Shown: piece after piece, positions 1 through 13,599 of the stretch
How positions within the stretch are numbered: position 1 is the stretch's first letter
How the letters are laid out: each line of letters starts with the position of its first letter
Origin: Octopus vulgaris
Lineage: Eukaryota
NCBI GenBank assembly: GCA_951406725.2
Contig: OX597821.1
Location: 66,464,001 to 66,528,000 of the forward strand
Length of the DNA: 64,000 nucleotides
Reading direction: 5' to 3'
Notes under the pieces: generated by a model
Databases searched by the model: none
The model's input: only the letters and a program-made list of their open reading frames with translations
Told to the model about the DNA's origin: nothing
Made by a program: the position numbers and the translations under genes

Positions 1-623
1 GATATAAAGTTAGGTTAAGTGAGTCAATTGTCTATAACTATATTTCTTGGAAAATTATTGATGCTTGTCTCAAAGAATGGAACCAATATGTTTTATAATT
101 TATATTTACATTTCTTTTAGTTATTCATATTCTGTTGTTGCTACTTTTTACATCCTTACTTGTAGCTTTCGCGGGAGATTACTAAGAATTAGCTAAAATG
201 TTCAGTTATTCTAGTGATGTCTAAACATAATTGCTTGTTAAAAATATTTTCTTCAATAGCTTATGTGGTTCTTAGCCATGAATTTAAAACAATAATTACT
301 ATTAATATCATGTTATGAATAATAATTTCATAATCATTCGTGGAACTTTGAGCGGAATAGAATTATGTATGTGTTGCTTTGGGACGGAGAGCATAACGCT
401 TCCAGCTAAGACGTGTCATAAATAATAAAATTACACTGGACAGCAAAATGATAAACTCGAAAGCAAGAGGAAAGTGCAATGATTGATACGGTATATGTCT
501 AGCGAAGTATATAATACTGCGCTAAACTTTATATCTTTGCCATTGTCAGACATAAAATAATATAATAATACACCATAAAATATTGCAAAGCGGCAAATCT
601 TTACGAATGCGAAACTGTCTCTA

Positions 624-804
624 TTTGTATGTATGTGTGTATGTATGCATGTATGTATTATGTACGTATGTACATGCGTGTGTGTATATGTGTTTATATG
701 TATGTAAAGATAAATGGACGGATGGATGTACGTACATATATATGTGTGTATGTATGTATGTATGTATGAGAGTTTATATGTATACATACATGTAATTATG
801 CAGG

Positions 805-841
<37 letters not shown>

Positions 842-1037
842 ATGCAAGTATGCGTAAAAATATAAATATATTATACACACATATATAGACGAACATATAT
901 ATATACACATATACAAACACACACACATATATATATATGATATATATATATGCATGCATGTATATATATATGTATTGTATGTATGTATATATAACATTAT
1001 ATCTGTGCCTGTGTGTATGTCTATGCATGTACATAAT

Positions 1038-1121
<84 letters not shown>

Positions 1122-1230
1122 CATCTATCTATCTGTAAAAACTCATAACACTTAATATATATATATATATACATATTTGTGTGTGTGTATCTTTCTCAGT
1201 ATGTATGTATTTGTGCATGTGTATGTGTAA
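624..1230. repeat. Compound microsatellite field: (TATG)n/(TA)n/(TG)n followed by (TATC)n
   Basis: Visible tandem repeats; the (TATC)n run is at ~1037-1133. All ORFs in 431-1155 are low-complexity translations of these repeats. Confidence 0.95.
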
Positions 1231-1404
1231 CTCTAAAGTGGGAAATGATGTTTTCTCGTTATTAGAAACGCCTTAGGTGAATTTCATTGTGTTCTAGTGG
1301 TTTGCGTTTATTAAATAATATTGCAAACAATATGTCAGAAAATTACATGAATCATAATGCAGTCTGCTGCTGTTAATGTTGTTGGTGCCAATGTTCGCGT
1401 TATT

Positions 1405-1610
1405 TAACCTCAGTTCAGCCCTCAACTAGATCTGTATCCAGCGGCGTCCTAGCCATGACTGTCTCATTTATACTTTTATTGCGTAATCGTGTAATCTAGA
1501 CGAAATTTAACAATATGATTTTGTTTATAGCTGTAGTATGTAATATGTGAGAAAGATTTGGTTCGAATTTCTTGCAGTTCAACCGGCCTTGTAGAGATCC
1601 TTTCATAGGC
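1405..1610. mobile_element. Old ~200 bp interspersed repeat (family D, probably a decayed SINE/LINE tail)
   Basis: Degenerate similarity by eye (TAACCCCAGGTCAGCCCT...AGATTTGG motifs) to 9435-9600, 14670-14890 and 48915-49105. Confidence 0.4.
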
Positions 1611-1796
1611 ACAAGAGCAGTTTGCAGTATGAGACAAAATATCGATAAGGTATTTGGAATACTTTTATCAGACAAAGCTGCAAAGCATTATCTGTGTAGC
1701 AGTTCTATATTTAAGAGATGAGGAATTTTGTACATTATTTACATTATTTACATTATTTACATTTGACAGATATTTGTCCTCATCTCGTTTGTTGTT

Positions 1797-1843
1797 AACA
1801 CAACGTTTCGGCTAATATATCCTCCAGCCCTTCATCAGGTGTC
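1797..1843 (-). ncRNA. Minimal type I hammerhead ribozyme motif
   Basis: Minus strand reads GACAC-CTGATGA-AG-GGCTGG(AGGATATA)TTAGCC-GAAA-CG-TT-GTGTT. It has an intact CUGANGA/GAAA core, stem I GACAC/GTGTT, stem II GGCTGG/TTAGCC and a tiny palindromic helix III (AACGTT), as described for Penelope-associated hammerheads. Confidence 0.75.
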
Positions 1844-2170
1844 TTGACAAAATTTTGAACCTGGGTTCTCATTCCTAAGGTATATTTTGATGTAATTCAC
1901 TGTGTTTTATGTATCACATCGATATTTATCTATTTTTGTATGTTTTTTTATATTTATATACTTGGAATTTTTATATATGTTTTATAAATGTAGAAGAATA
2001 TATGTGTATATTTGATTTTGACTGTTGTTATTAATTATGTTCCTCTAGTTTCCGCTTCTATTGCATCCATTGATATTATTAAGCGGAATATAGCTCACTT
2101 GGAGCTCCAGTATGTATTTTTTATTTTTATTTTCGGGTATTGTTAACACTAGCAATCTCAAAATAAAGCA

Positions 2171-2171
<1 letters not shown>

Positions 2172-2263
<92 letters not shown>

Positions 2264-2275
2264 TATATACATATA
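2172..2275. repeat. (TA)n microsatellite
   Basis: Direct observation. Confidence 0.98.
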
Positions 2276-2825
2276 CAGGATGCGGTGAATAAACTGTCGT
2301 CCAAACTACGCAAAAATGAAAATAACACTGACGTCTCATTTTAACAGATATATATCTTGAAATACTAAAAAGTAAATTTATTCAATAAAATCGCCATTGG
2401 CTTCAACCACGGCCTTCAGATGACTTCGGAATCTCTTGCAAACTTCTGGATGGTTTCTTTGTTTAAGTTGGTGAATGCAGCCATAAGGCTTGCCTTCGGT
2501 TCATCTTTGGTGTTACATGGAGTTTTGTTGATCTCTTACTCAACTGCAGACCACACATAATAATCAAGTGAGTTGCAGTCTGGGGAGTTAGGTGGCCAGT
2601 TGTTTGGGTTGATGCAGTCGCAGAAATTATCCAACAACCATGACTGGGTTATCCTGCTTATATGGCATGGTGCAGAGTCCTGTTTCCAGATATAGGGTCT
2701 TTCAGCAGCCACTTCTTGATCCAGGACAGCACTACCACCTCCAGGCACCTGATATAGGCTTCCGTGTTGAGGCTGAGTGGGAAGATGAATGGAGGTATAA
2801 CCTTGCCATCACTATTGATCATTCT
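2276..2825 (-). mobile_element. Tc1/mariner-superfamily DNA transposon, 3' half (decayed DDD-type transposase plus terminal inverted repeat)
   Basis: ORF 2536-2748(-) has W-QDSAPCH...WPPNSPDCNSLDYYVW. The C-terminus LKAVVEANGDFIE* ends near 2385. The terminus TA|CAGGATGCGGTG at 2274-2287 abuts a TA tract. Confidence 0.85.
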
Positions 2826-4098
2826 TTATCGAGTATAGATGTGTTTTGATTGTTTAGCTTGGCGATGTACTGAATAGGTGATGGCTGCATGTAAATGAAG
2901 AGGCGCTGAAGCAGCGAGAGAGAGCTAGTAGTCCTAGCTGTGGGTAGTGAGTGTCCAAAGGGAAAAGAGGCTGACTCCTGACAGTTGGGCTCCTTTTAAG
3001 CCTTTCACGACTTCTGTTAAGGATTGTTGTGTTTTGCACATGCGTCATGGTTGTCTGCTTCGTTCCTTCTGGGGTTGCTTCAGCTGTTGTGGTGTGGGTG
3101 GTGCTTGTATCAAGGGAATAGTGTTTTAGTTATGGGCAGAAGGCTTTCAGCTGGTTATTCTATCCACATTGATAACATCTTGGCCTTCTTCCCTCAACTG
3201 TGACGTTCAGCATAGTGCCATCTGGAAGGCTGGGTTGGTCAGGAATTTGTTCCAAAACGTCTTGATTTATTTGGACCATTATTTGCAATTTCTGACCAGT
3301 CCAGTTGTCTTTCCTTGTTTTTCGACTTGGATGATTCAGATTTCATCTTCTAAGTCGAGGAGGACGGCTGCGACAGTCCAACAAGCGTTCATTTCTGGTG
3401 GCAACTCCAGTACTTTTATCTTGACGACGCGCCGTCCCAAGTATGCTGGAACTAGGTCAAGTTTTGTAAACTATGATACCTTTGTTTATATTGTCTATAA
3501 TACCTGGAAGGGTGTTTATCGAAATACATCTTTCGATTTTCTTTTAAATATATTGCTGTGGTCTTTGAGAGATTCTAAAGAAACATTCTAAAGAAACATT
3601 AATGAAGTAATTTCTATGCTTTGCCATTGAAGCAAATCCTCGACTGTTTAATGCATTGGGTTGTTGTTGTTGTTGAGTGTTCAATGTATTAGTGTTTGTG
3701 GTGGTAGTGGGAGGGCTTGGATTCACAGGTGTTGCGACGCTAGTAGCGTCCATTAGATGAAATTACCTGATCTTTCTTCTTCTTTCTCGCATTTCTTTTC
3801 TTCTTTATCCTTCTGTTGCTCAGCGTTGCACGTGCTAGCAAGACTTTGGTCGTCCTTCTCTCTCTGCCTTTTAAGGCGCGGAGAGGGCGGAGACAAATAA
3901 TTTGTAAATGTTTTTGGTTATTTTCGACAACAGAATGGGTGGGGAGTCAAAAAGAGAAGAGTTGACACTCTTCTCCGAGGACATTTTGAAAATTTTAAAA
4001 TTGAAAAATGTAAAAATGGAGAATTTAAATTGAAAATTTTCCCCAAAAGGAGTAAAGTCCGACTCAGCTCAGCAAGAGCCCACTCGGCCTGGCCACAG
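2826..4098 (-). mobile_element. Decayed gag-like ORF1 (zinc-knuckle) retroelement with no RT; L1/Tx1-type ORF1
   Basis: Minus strand ~3130-3197 translates VEGRRPRCYQCG*NNQLKAFCP, a degenerate CX2CX4HX4C in the same context as FEGRPPKCHRCLESGHIKKNCP at ~47560. Putative ATG at ~3985 (MSSEKSVNSS...). The element ends in ATAAA at the junction with the mariner at 2826. The 5' end is approximate. Confidence 0.6.
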
Positions 4099-4210
4099 AA
4101 ATGTCGTTAATTAATTTTCAAATACAACAATATTATCTGAAAAAATCTTATCAAAAACTTACAGTTCACGAACACACGTCCTTCCGCTTTGAAATCTACG
4201 AGCAGAGTCC

Positions 4211-4430
<220 letters not shown>

Positions 4431-5128
4431 TTTTTGCTTGCACCAGAATTTGAAAGACGAAACCTACTTCCTATTGAGTAAGTTTTTGTTCAGTGAAACA
4501 CTTCCATGCTTTCTTCAAGAAGTAATTAGCAAATTGGTTTTTTAAAAAAATAACAAAAACGTTTCGTGCTTGTATTGTTTTTTTTACATTTAATTTACCA
4601 ACCAGAAGAGACTGAAACTGTAAGTCTAAGCTAGTTTAGACTTCCGGTTAAATATATTTCCCTTCAATTAAAAAGTTATGGCCTTATAAATAATGCTTTA
4701 GCTCAATTTCATATTCTTATGCTCTAAACCACAATTTGCAGTGCGATACTAATTAAAATTTTGAATAGGCATTTTAAAACATCATAGTTTTTAATTATAT
4801 GGAGACCATGCGAGGATATTGGTTAGTAGTAAAATGGTGAAGTGGAAGTCTTCGATTAAACTGAAGTTATTCATGCAAATAATAGGCAAAAAATACTCCC
4901 TTTGGTTGCTTAAATATTTTCACAACCAACAAGCAAGGGGTGGTAACTCAACTAAAATAGATTGAGATATCGCCAATGAGTTACACTTGTTGGAATATTG
5001 CTATTCACCATAAGCATGCAAACTATATGTTATACCCTTTTCATTACACACCCACGCACACACGTACACACATACACACACATGCATACACACACGTATG
5101 CACATTCATATATGATATCATTTTACGT

Positions 5129-5175
<47 letters not shown>

Positions 5176-5503
5176 AGGTGAGTTCTAGACTGTTTTTGCA
5201 ATTTCGGCTGGATATACTCGAAATTGCCCCAATCAGGCCTGTCCCAAGGTAAAACTAAGCTAAGAGCATTAGATTCCTTAGAAGAAAGCAGCGAATGTAT
5301 ATGAAAACAAGAGCGGAAAAAAAGACGGATAATGTTACACAAATACAGGACATAACTACAGGTGTCTTTCGACTAAGGACGAATTAATTTAAGCTGGCGT
5401 GTGCGGAAGATTTCAAAGCCACAGGGAGGAATATAGATGTTACACGGATGGAAGGCGAACCAGGAAAGAAAGGTCAGGCTTGGCCGAACACCAGTCACGT
5501 GGG

Positions 5504-5540
<37 letters not shown>

Positions 5541-6077
5541 GCAGGGGAATAGAAGAAATAAGGAGGAGCGAGAAAAAAGGACAGGGACACAGTGAAGTAA
5601 AAAGAGGAGGAAAATGAGCATGAATACAAGGCAAGGAAATGTGAGAGAGGGGGAACGAAGGAACGAAAAGTGGAATGAACGAAGTTAGCGTCAAAGGGCT
5701 GATAGAAAGAAGGAAAGAAGAAAAGAATAGAAAGAATAGAGTCGTACAAGATTTAGATATTTATATACTTATATATCAGAGACCAAAGTGTACGTACGCC
5801 GCTATATGATTTTATATATAAAAAAAATACAAAATGGGACAAAAACGCAAAACATCCTAGGCAGATAGGTGATACAAAAAAGAGACAACGAAACATCCAG
5901 ATAGACGATACAAAGAAAGAATCTTTTAAACTAACAGGATGCAAACTGTGTTCCGTTATCAGAGACAATTATATCCGGTGCACCAATCTTACGAACAGCT
6001 CGTATAAGAAGTTTATTACCGTATATGAGGTTGGTCGTTAACACCTCGTGACCTCAGGCCATTTACTCACGCCATTC

Positions 6078-6191
6078 GCTCTTATGGCAAATAGGTGTGA
6101 AAAATCCCGGTTCGTTCAGTGTCGCCATCTATTGAGATACCTTATAGATGGTGAACGAACGGGATGCTTTCACACCTTTTTATAATAAGAG
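6078..6191. repeat. Small imperfect inverted repeat (MITE-like hairpin)
   Basis: CTCTTAT..AGGTGTGAAAAATCCCGGTTCGTTCA..GCCATCTAT pairs with ATAGATGGTGAACGAACGGGATGCTTTCACACCT..ATAAGAG. Confidence 0.6.
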
Positions 6192-6196
6192 GGATA

Positions 6197-7010
6197 CAGT
6201 AGCGGCCATAATATAAGGTTCAGTAAGAACAAGTGTATTGAAATAGTTATTATAGAAGATTAACAACACGAGACTAGATATTTTACACATTGATATGTCT
6301 AATATCTAACTTTCGTGAAAATGTCAAGTGAATGAAATATATATTCCCTAAGGTATGAGGAAATAAACGAACAATCTTCCAAATTACAGCGGCTAAATGT
6401 TCAGGGTCACTCAGAAAAAATGAACTGCTAACCGAGGTATTGGTTGTTTAGAAGACTGTTAATAGTCTAACAGTTATTTCTTATGATCTTACATTATCGG
6501 AACATTCAACTGTGAACATGGCTGCTTGTGAGAGAGATGACCAGTGTTCAGTGATGAAAAACAAAAGAATTGCGAGTCTTTATTCACAGGGCAAGTCAAC
6601 TTCTATGATAGCAACTACAGTAGGAGATTCTAGAAGTGTTGTGCAACAAATTGTAGATCGTTTTAAGTTATCATAAGTAGCAGGTAGACCTCGTAAAACT
6701 TCACCTATTGTGGTTAGAATGTCACAAACGGATTACTTTGAGGGTGGTGCTGAGATATCCCGTGAGTTTAGCTCCACTTCCGATGTCAACGTATCGCGCA
6801 AAACAGTTTCTCGGAGGTTACGAGGTTCTGGGTTGCTTGCTTGGGCACCAGTGAAGAAACCACTGATCTCGAAGAAGAATCAAAGAGCCCGTCTTTGTTT
6901 CGCTCGCAAACATATCATTTGGACAGAAGAACAGTGGTCACGGGATCATTTTAGCGATGAATCGAAGTTTAATGATTGGCTCCGATGGTAAAAGGTCATC
7001 TTGTGCATGT
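6197..7010 (+). mobile_element. Tc1-like transposon, 5' part with decayed transposase
   Basis: TA|CAGTAGCGGCC terminus at 6195-6207. HTH region KRIASLYSQGKSTSMIA...GRPRKTS from ~6560. ORF 6710-6991 has VSRKTVSRRL...KKPLISKKNQRARLCFARKH..WT..QW...FSDESKFN. Truncated near the SINE at 7051. Confidence 0.88.
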
Positions 7011-7050
7011 GTGAAGAAGATAATATCAGAATTAATGTAATATATACTAT

Positions 7051-7444
7051 CTTTTACTCTTTTACCTGTTTCAGTCATTTGACTGAGGCCATGCTGGAGC
7101 ACCGCCTTTAGTCGAGCAAATCGACCCCGGGACTTATTCTTTGTAAGCCCAGTACTTATTCTATCGGTCTTTTTTGCCGAACCGCTAAGTAACGGGGACG
7201 TAAACACACCAGCATCGGTTGTCAAGCAATGCTAGTGGGACACACAAACACACACATACATATACATATATATACATATATACGACAGGCTTCTTTCAGT
7301 TTCCGTCTACCAAATCCAGTCACAAGGCTTTGGTCGGCCCGAGGCTATAGTAGAAGAAACTTGCCCAAGGTGCCACGCAGTGGGACTGAACCCGGAACCA
7401 TGCGGTTGGCAAACAAGCTACTTACCACACAGCCACTCCTGCGC
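7051..7444 (-). mobile_element. tRNA-headed SINE family A, full length
   Basis: Minus strand head GCGCAGGAGTGGCTGTGTGG (A box)...GGTTCAGTCCC (B-box-like), an internal microsatellite and a GTAAAAGA tail. Many near-identical copies in the window. Confidence 0.9.
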
Positions 7445-7693
7445 TATATATATATATATATATATATATTCGCTTTACACAATACGCGTTATCAAAGATG
7501 CTGTTGCAATTGTTCCATCGCTATTCTCTTTTATCGTCTCGAGGTAAGTCTGAATTTGTTAACTTAAGCTAGGTTTTGAACCTGTAATCTTTAACTTACT
7601 AATCTATAGTTCTATCCACAAGTCTTGATGTTCTTAGGTAATAAGTAAATGCCTTTTAGCCGATTCCAAACGCATTTCAGCACGCGCATATTA

Positions 7694-7880
<187 letters not shown>

Positions 7881-8112
7881 TGTCTGTCTCTTTGCCTGTC
7901 TGTTTTTCCATCTATCTATATATTTGTGTGTGTATGCATGTATATGTATTGTATGTTTGTGTGTGCGTGCATGCTATACACACACACAGACACACAGACA
8001 CACACACATAAATGTACATGTATAGATATATTACGTACAGATCTGATTATTAGTCTCCACATATTTTTCATTTAATTGTTGTATGTGTAAAGCGCACACA
8101 AATACACATATG

Positions 8113-8162
<50 letters not shown>

Positions 8163-10572
8163 TTGACAGATAGATAGAAGAAGAGAGAAGAGAAGTGGGG
8201 AGATAGGTAAATAAATTGATAGAGTGTTGTATCTATATATGTGATTATGTACGTTTGTATGAATACATGCATCCCACTATGTACGAGTATAAGTTTTCTC
8301 AGTCAGACGTGTACGTTGTGATTAAACGTTAAAAACAATTTTAAAACATTGCAATTACATTGGTGAACTTTGTAATTCTCAGCTGTCGTCTGTTGTATCG
8401 ACATTTTCTAACTCGCACTCGATGAACTCTCCCCAATGCATCACTCAGCATGCCACGAAAGTAATTAGGAACAGGATATGAGAGATGTTGTTCATGTTAC
8501 AACATTAGTATAAACTATCAAGTTACAAATTGTTTCTGGTAAATGGAAGTTATTCAGTATGCAATGAGAGTTAAGTATAAACACTGTAGTTGATCTGCTG
8601 TAATATGCTATCTTGTCGTCTGGTGACGCGATTATCTGCTGTAAATGTACATCAATAGAAATTATTGTCGTCTGTTTTTGTATACCTGAAAAGGCGATTT
8701 CCGCGCTAGCTTTGTATATGGAGTAGATGAGTGCCGGCTTATATATCTTTTGAGACGGTTACAATATAAAAACGGTGCATATCTGGTCACGAGTACTGTT
8801 TAACATACATTTTGAGATTTATTCATATAGAGGCAGGATTATAGTGTAGTGTACAAAGGAAGACATGGCTTTCGTATTTCTTTATGTACTTGCAAACACA
8901 ATGGTAACGGAAACAAAGTGTAATGTATGTCGGATGTCATGTCTGATGTCTCTATACATTAACTGAAGGTACACTGACGATGCTGCCTTCATTTGAAAAT
9001 GTTATTTCCGTGTAGTGTTTAATCGTATTAAACAATGCGGTATGGTCTCTGAATATGTTCGCTTAAAAATGCTATTATAATGCTGTGTTCATCTGTAGAC
9101 GTGATAGTGTAATATACTATCCACGTGGAGGCAAACTTCCCATGGTTTCAGATATCTACTGAAAATTGCATAGGTGTTTTGTCATGTTCAACTGGAAACA
9201 TTATTGCTGGATGTTTTTCTACATCTGGAAGTATAATCTAAATGTGCAGAGACGCACACAACACCTCTTTCGTGAGTATCTGGAGGTAATGTATTTAGAT
9301 ATTCATTATTGCATTGTTGTGTATATAGATCTTAATCAGAAAAGGAACGGTAGCATCCCTGACTATTTCAGGGTCTTCCAGTTTGATGAGATAAAGGGAA
9401 AAATGGAACACGATTTGTAGGTTCCCATTGTTTTTTAATCCCAGGTCAACCAGAACTGGGCATACTTATGACCAAAGACATTCACAACACAATCATCGCA
9501 TCTTTATATCAGTCATTGTCCATCCAATGTATCCTTCTTTATTAAAGATGACAGCATGCAATTTGAGGGAGACTGAGTGCTATTGCTCGCAGTTAAAAAG
9601 AAATAACACGTTTCTTTGGTTGACCAAATAAGATTTTGGGTATCAATATGTCGACTTAGTCTGAATATGTGGAATATGGCGAACTCAGTTGATGACTGCC
9701 AAGGGCCCATGTGATAGTCATGTTAAGCCAAGCGATTGATTTGATCTACCACTCAAGACTACTAACATTCTGAATGTCTACGTGTTTTCTTTCTTTCCCA
9801 CTTTAGCTACAAACCTTATGTAATCCAAAGAATTTTCAGAATCTAACTCTGCTGTAGATATAAGTATATTTTGTCTTATGAATTTTAGTAACTCCTTTTG
9901 GTCGATACATACAATTATTTGTTTCTTCAGAGACTTTTTTTATTTGATCTTTGCTATACAATCAATTGCACTATTCATTTATTAGCTTAAATATATTGTC
10001 CAGGATGCGTAATGGTTATATAAACGGAACAGTCATGTTTAGAAGGAGGATGTAGTATAACTGTAATCATTAAATCTTCACTAGTGACTGACAGTTTGAA
10101 TAGGGTTAATGAATCTGAGAGATACTGAATGAAAGGGACGGAGTGAGATGGCGAGATAGAAAAAAGTATTTTGAGCAGTAAAAACCGAGGAATAAAAGAG
10201 GGAGAAAAGGAAGAGAGATGTGAGAAAACAGGGAGGGAGAGAAAAAATGCAAGAGATAAAGTGATAGTGAAACAGTTCTTTTTAGAAGTAGCTATTTAAC
10301 ATAATTTGCGATTCATTGCTGATATGTTTTTTTTTAATCAGAAGTTTTATGCAGCTTCTACGAATATTCCATTTAATTAAAAGTAGCATACAAAATTGCT
10401 TCTAACATTGCACGGGGTCTCAGATTTTGAGGTAGGCCATAAGTCGATGATATAAACCCAACGTTTAACTAGTACTTTATGTCAAGAATGAACGTGTCTG
10501 CTATTATTATCGATATGGACGCACAATCATATACACACAGAAAGATATACTTCAATATACACTTGGCGTAGT

Positions 10573-10874
10573 GGAAGCACATGGCCTAGTGGTTAGAGCA
10601 GCGGACTCGCGGTCGAAGGATAGCGGGTTCGAATCTCAGATCGGGCGATGTGTGTGTTTATGAGCGAAAAACCTAAGCTCCACGCGGCTCCGGCAGAAGG
10701 TTATGGCGAACTTCTGCTGACTCTTTCACCACAACTTTCTCTCACTCTTTCTTCCTGCATCTTGCAGCTCACCTGCGACGGACCGGCGTCCCGTTCAGGT
10801 GGGGAACCTATACGCCAAGGAAACCGGGAAACTGGCCCCTTATGAGCCAGGCGTGGCTCGAGAAGGAACAAACA
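10573..10874 (+). mobile_element. tRNA-derived SINE family C with TSD
   Basis: Head TGGCCTAGTGGTTAGAGCAGCGGACTCGCGG..GGGTTCGAATC (A/B boxes, tRNA-Arg-like). The internal CCTGCGACGGACCGGCGTCCCGTTCAGG resembles a V-SINE-type domain (from memory). Flanked by ATACACTTGG(C/T)GTAGTGG at 10557-10574 and 10875-10892. Confidence 0.88.
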
Positions 10875-11049
10875 ATACACTTGGTGTAGTGGGTATAACT
10901 GTTATGAAATTGCATTATAAATCAAGACTTATGAAACACGAGATATAGTATTCAAATTTAGGATGTTTTTGAATGTCACTATATTTTATAATCAGATTAT
11001 ATATACTTTCTCACACAACAATTGAAATATATTTATTTTAAATCATTTA

Positions 11050-13280
11050 TATATTTTAAATATTTCATCTTTCTCTCCCCCTCTGTCTCACACACATTAC
11101 TTTGGGCGCGAAAGAGTTGTTTTTATTTTACGCCGAGGAAAAAAAGTGTTTTGTTGAGAATCCATTCATTTAACAAGATAGAAACCTCCACCACACCCCA
11201 CCCCGTTTTTCAGACCACAAAAAGGGTCTTGTAACATATTAGGAGGCCAGGGTAGTTGATTCCATGCAAAAAATCCGATTTTGTTTCTTAGTGAAAATCG
11301 TGGGAGTGTTATCTAAAAATTAGCCTGGAGTTTTTCATGGTAAATTTGAGATTAAAAATAAAAAATCCGATTTTTTTCCTTAGTGAAAATCGTGCAAGTG
11401 TTAATCTAAAAATTTAATCTAAAACCTTTTTTCCTTTCATTTCTGTTTATGAAATTGTCTGTACGTAATTTTGCTTTCTCGGTGGTCAAAGCAAATGGTG
11501 ACTGGTAAAGCTTCAGTGCCCTAATGTTGACATTGGATACAATGACCTGATCTACAATAATGTGCTGATTGAAATCGAGGATGCCCTGCTCAAAATGGGT
11601 GGAGCAGCGTTGAACACATTCGGTTGGCCATCCTCATTGCGACAGGACGTTAACACACTCCCAAAGTTACTTCTGGAGTTGTCGTATGACGTTGATGGCT
11701 TTGCGGAGTACCTGACAGTAAATGAACTGAAATTGCTCCCTGATCAGAGGCTGCTGTACGAAACTGTCGTCAGTGCCGTTGGAAAACAGGCGGGTGGCAT
11801 TTTTTCCCTCGATGCTGCTAGAAGTACCGGCAAATCCTTTGTAACACAATTAATACTTGCTAAGATTCCTGACCAGAAACAAGTTGCGCTAGCCGTTGCT
11901 TTCCCGGGAATCGCTGCTACATTATTGCCGAGAGGTAGGACGGCGCACTCGGCATTCAAGCTGCCTATACATTTGGTGAGGGCCGAAGTTCCTACTTGCT
12001 ACATTGGCGAAAATTCAGAGGAAGCTAAAGTTCTTAGACAGTGCCATCTCATTGTATGGGACGAATGCACAATGACCAATAGTGGTGCCCTTAAGGCACT
12101 AGACCGGTCACTGAAAGGTATCAGAGATTCTACAGCTTCTATGGGTGGTGTAACTCTATTGCCTTCATGAGATTTCCGGCAAACCGTTCCTGTCATTCCT
12201 AAAGGAAGCCAGGTTGACGAAGTGTGTGCATACCTTAAGTCATCCATGTTGTGGCTCCAGTTTAAGACCTGAAGCCTAAGCACAATCATAAGTGCGCACT
12301 TGCTTGGTGAAGGTCCCTAGGAATGATAGGGGCGACATATCCATCTCTGAACTGTGCAACACCATGGACAACCCCTTCCGATCTTTTGGAAACAGTGTTC
12401 CCCAATCTGGAGAGTAATTATGCAGACATCAATTGGCTCAGGGAAAGAGCCATCCTGGCCCCAAAATCGTAGCTGTCAGTGCTATCAACGACCAGCTCAT
12501 AAGCCGAATTCCGAATGAGGAGCGTCAATTACCCTATCGAGTTTCTCAAATCATTGGAGCCAGCAGGGCTTCCACATAACATTCTTAGGATAAGGGTTGG
12601 ATGCCTAATTATGCTAATCAAAAACTTGCTTCCGCCTAAAAAGTGCAACGGGGCCCGCTTTGTAATCAAGTCCCTGACGCTCCACTTGATTGAGGTCACC
12701 ATTGTTACAGGGTGCGGGAGGGGTGAAATGTTCTCATTTCAAGGATGCAGTTTTATCCCTTGCGGTCAGACATACCGTTTAACTTCTGCAGATCGCATTT
12801 CCCGGTGACACCATGCTTCGCCATGTCCATCAACAAATCCCAAAGCTAAACACTATCGGTAGCGGGCATCCATTTGGGCCTTTCCATTCAATCAGGATAA
12901 AAAATTAATAAACCGATTCCTAATAGGATTTCCCACTAAAATTGGCTACACCCTATTTTCAACCACAACTCTAACCAATTTTGACATATTTTGCTCAAAC
13001 TTGATGCCAGCATTACTTAGGACTCCTGGGATCTTTGAATGCTTTAACGTCTAAATAAATAAATAAAAAACAATCGATGAGTGGAAATAATTGATAAACC
13101 GATTCCTTATGGGATTTCCCAATCAAATTGCCTGCAACCCATTTTCAGCCAAACGTTTACCAATTTCAACGGATTTCGCTCAAATTTGATGTCGGTGTCA
13201 CTTATTTTGGTTTGAAATAAAGCGCTTGATCACTCAATAATCCTAACTTAATCCCGGGCAACACCGGGCTATACTGCTAG
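11050..13280 (+). mobile_element. Defective Helitron carrying a Pif1-family helicase remnant
   Basis: ORF 11562-12170 has degenerate Walker A DAARSTGKSF, GIAATLLPRGRTAHSAFKLP and IVWDECTM. DFRQTVPVIP follows, then ORF 12515-12808 (YPIEFLKSLEPAGLPH..LR..VG..IMLIKNL...CNGAR) and FAMSINKSQ at ~12820. The 3' hairpin CCCGGGCAACACCGGG plus CTAG|T ends at 13280. Duplicated subterminal blocks lie at 11270/11360 and 12900/13090. The 5' end is not resolved. Confidence 0.9.
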
Positions 13281-13309
13281 TTATTACTATTACTACTTAT
13301 TATTATTAT

Positions 13310-13522
13310 GTGGAGGTGCAATGGCTCAGTGGTTAGGGCAGCAGATTCGTGGTCCTAGGATCGTGGTTTCGATTCCCAGACCGTTGTGAGTGTTTACTGA
13401 GCGAAAACATCTAAATCTTCATGAGGCTCCGGCAGGGGTGGTGGCGACCCCTTCTGTATTCTTCCGCCACAACTTTCTCTTTCTTCCTGCTTCTGTTGTA
13501 CCTGTATTTCAAAGGGCCAGCC
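13310..13522 (+). mobile_element. SINE family C copy
   Basis: TGGCTCAGTGGTTAGGGCAGC..GGTTTCGATTCCC head; body homologous to the 10573 copy; followed by (ATT)n. Confidence 0.8.

Positions 13523-13599
<77 letters not shown>

Noticed and set aside
5170-5960. TA-flanked unique block possibly of the same PLE-tail class
   Set aside because: I could not find a convincing hammerhead core, inverted arm or ORF, so it is left unannotated.
10573-10645. Apparent tRNA gene
   Set aside because: It is the tRNA-derived head of a SINE: it continues into a repeated body, has a TSD and lacks a proper acceptor stem.
11562-12808. Host PIF1 helicase gene
   Set aside because: It has stops, frameshifts and a degenerate Walker A, no introns, and ends in a Helitron hairpin-CTAG terminus.
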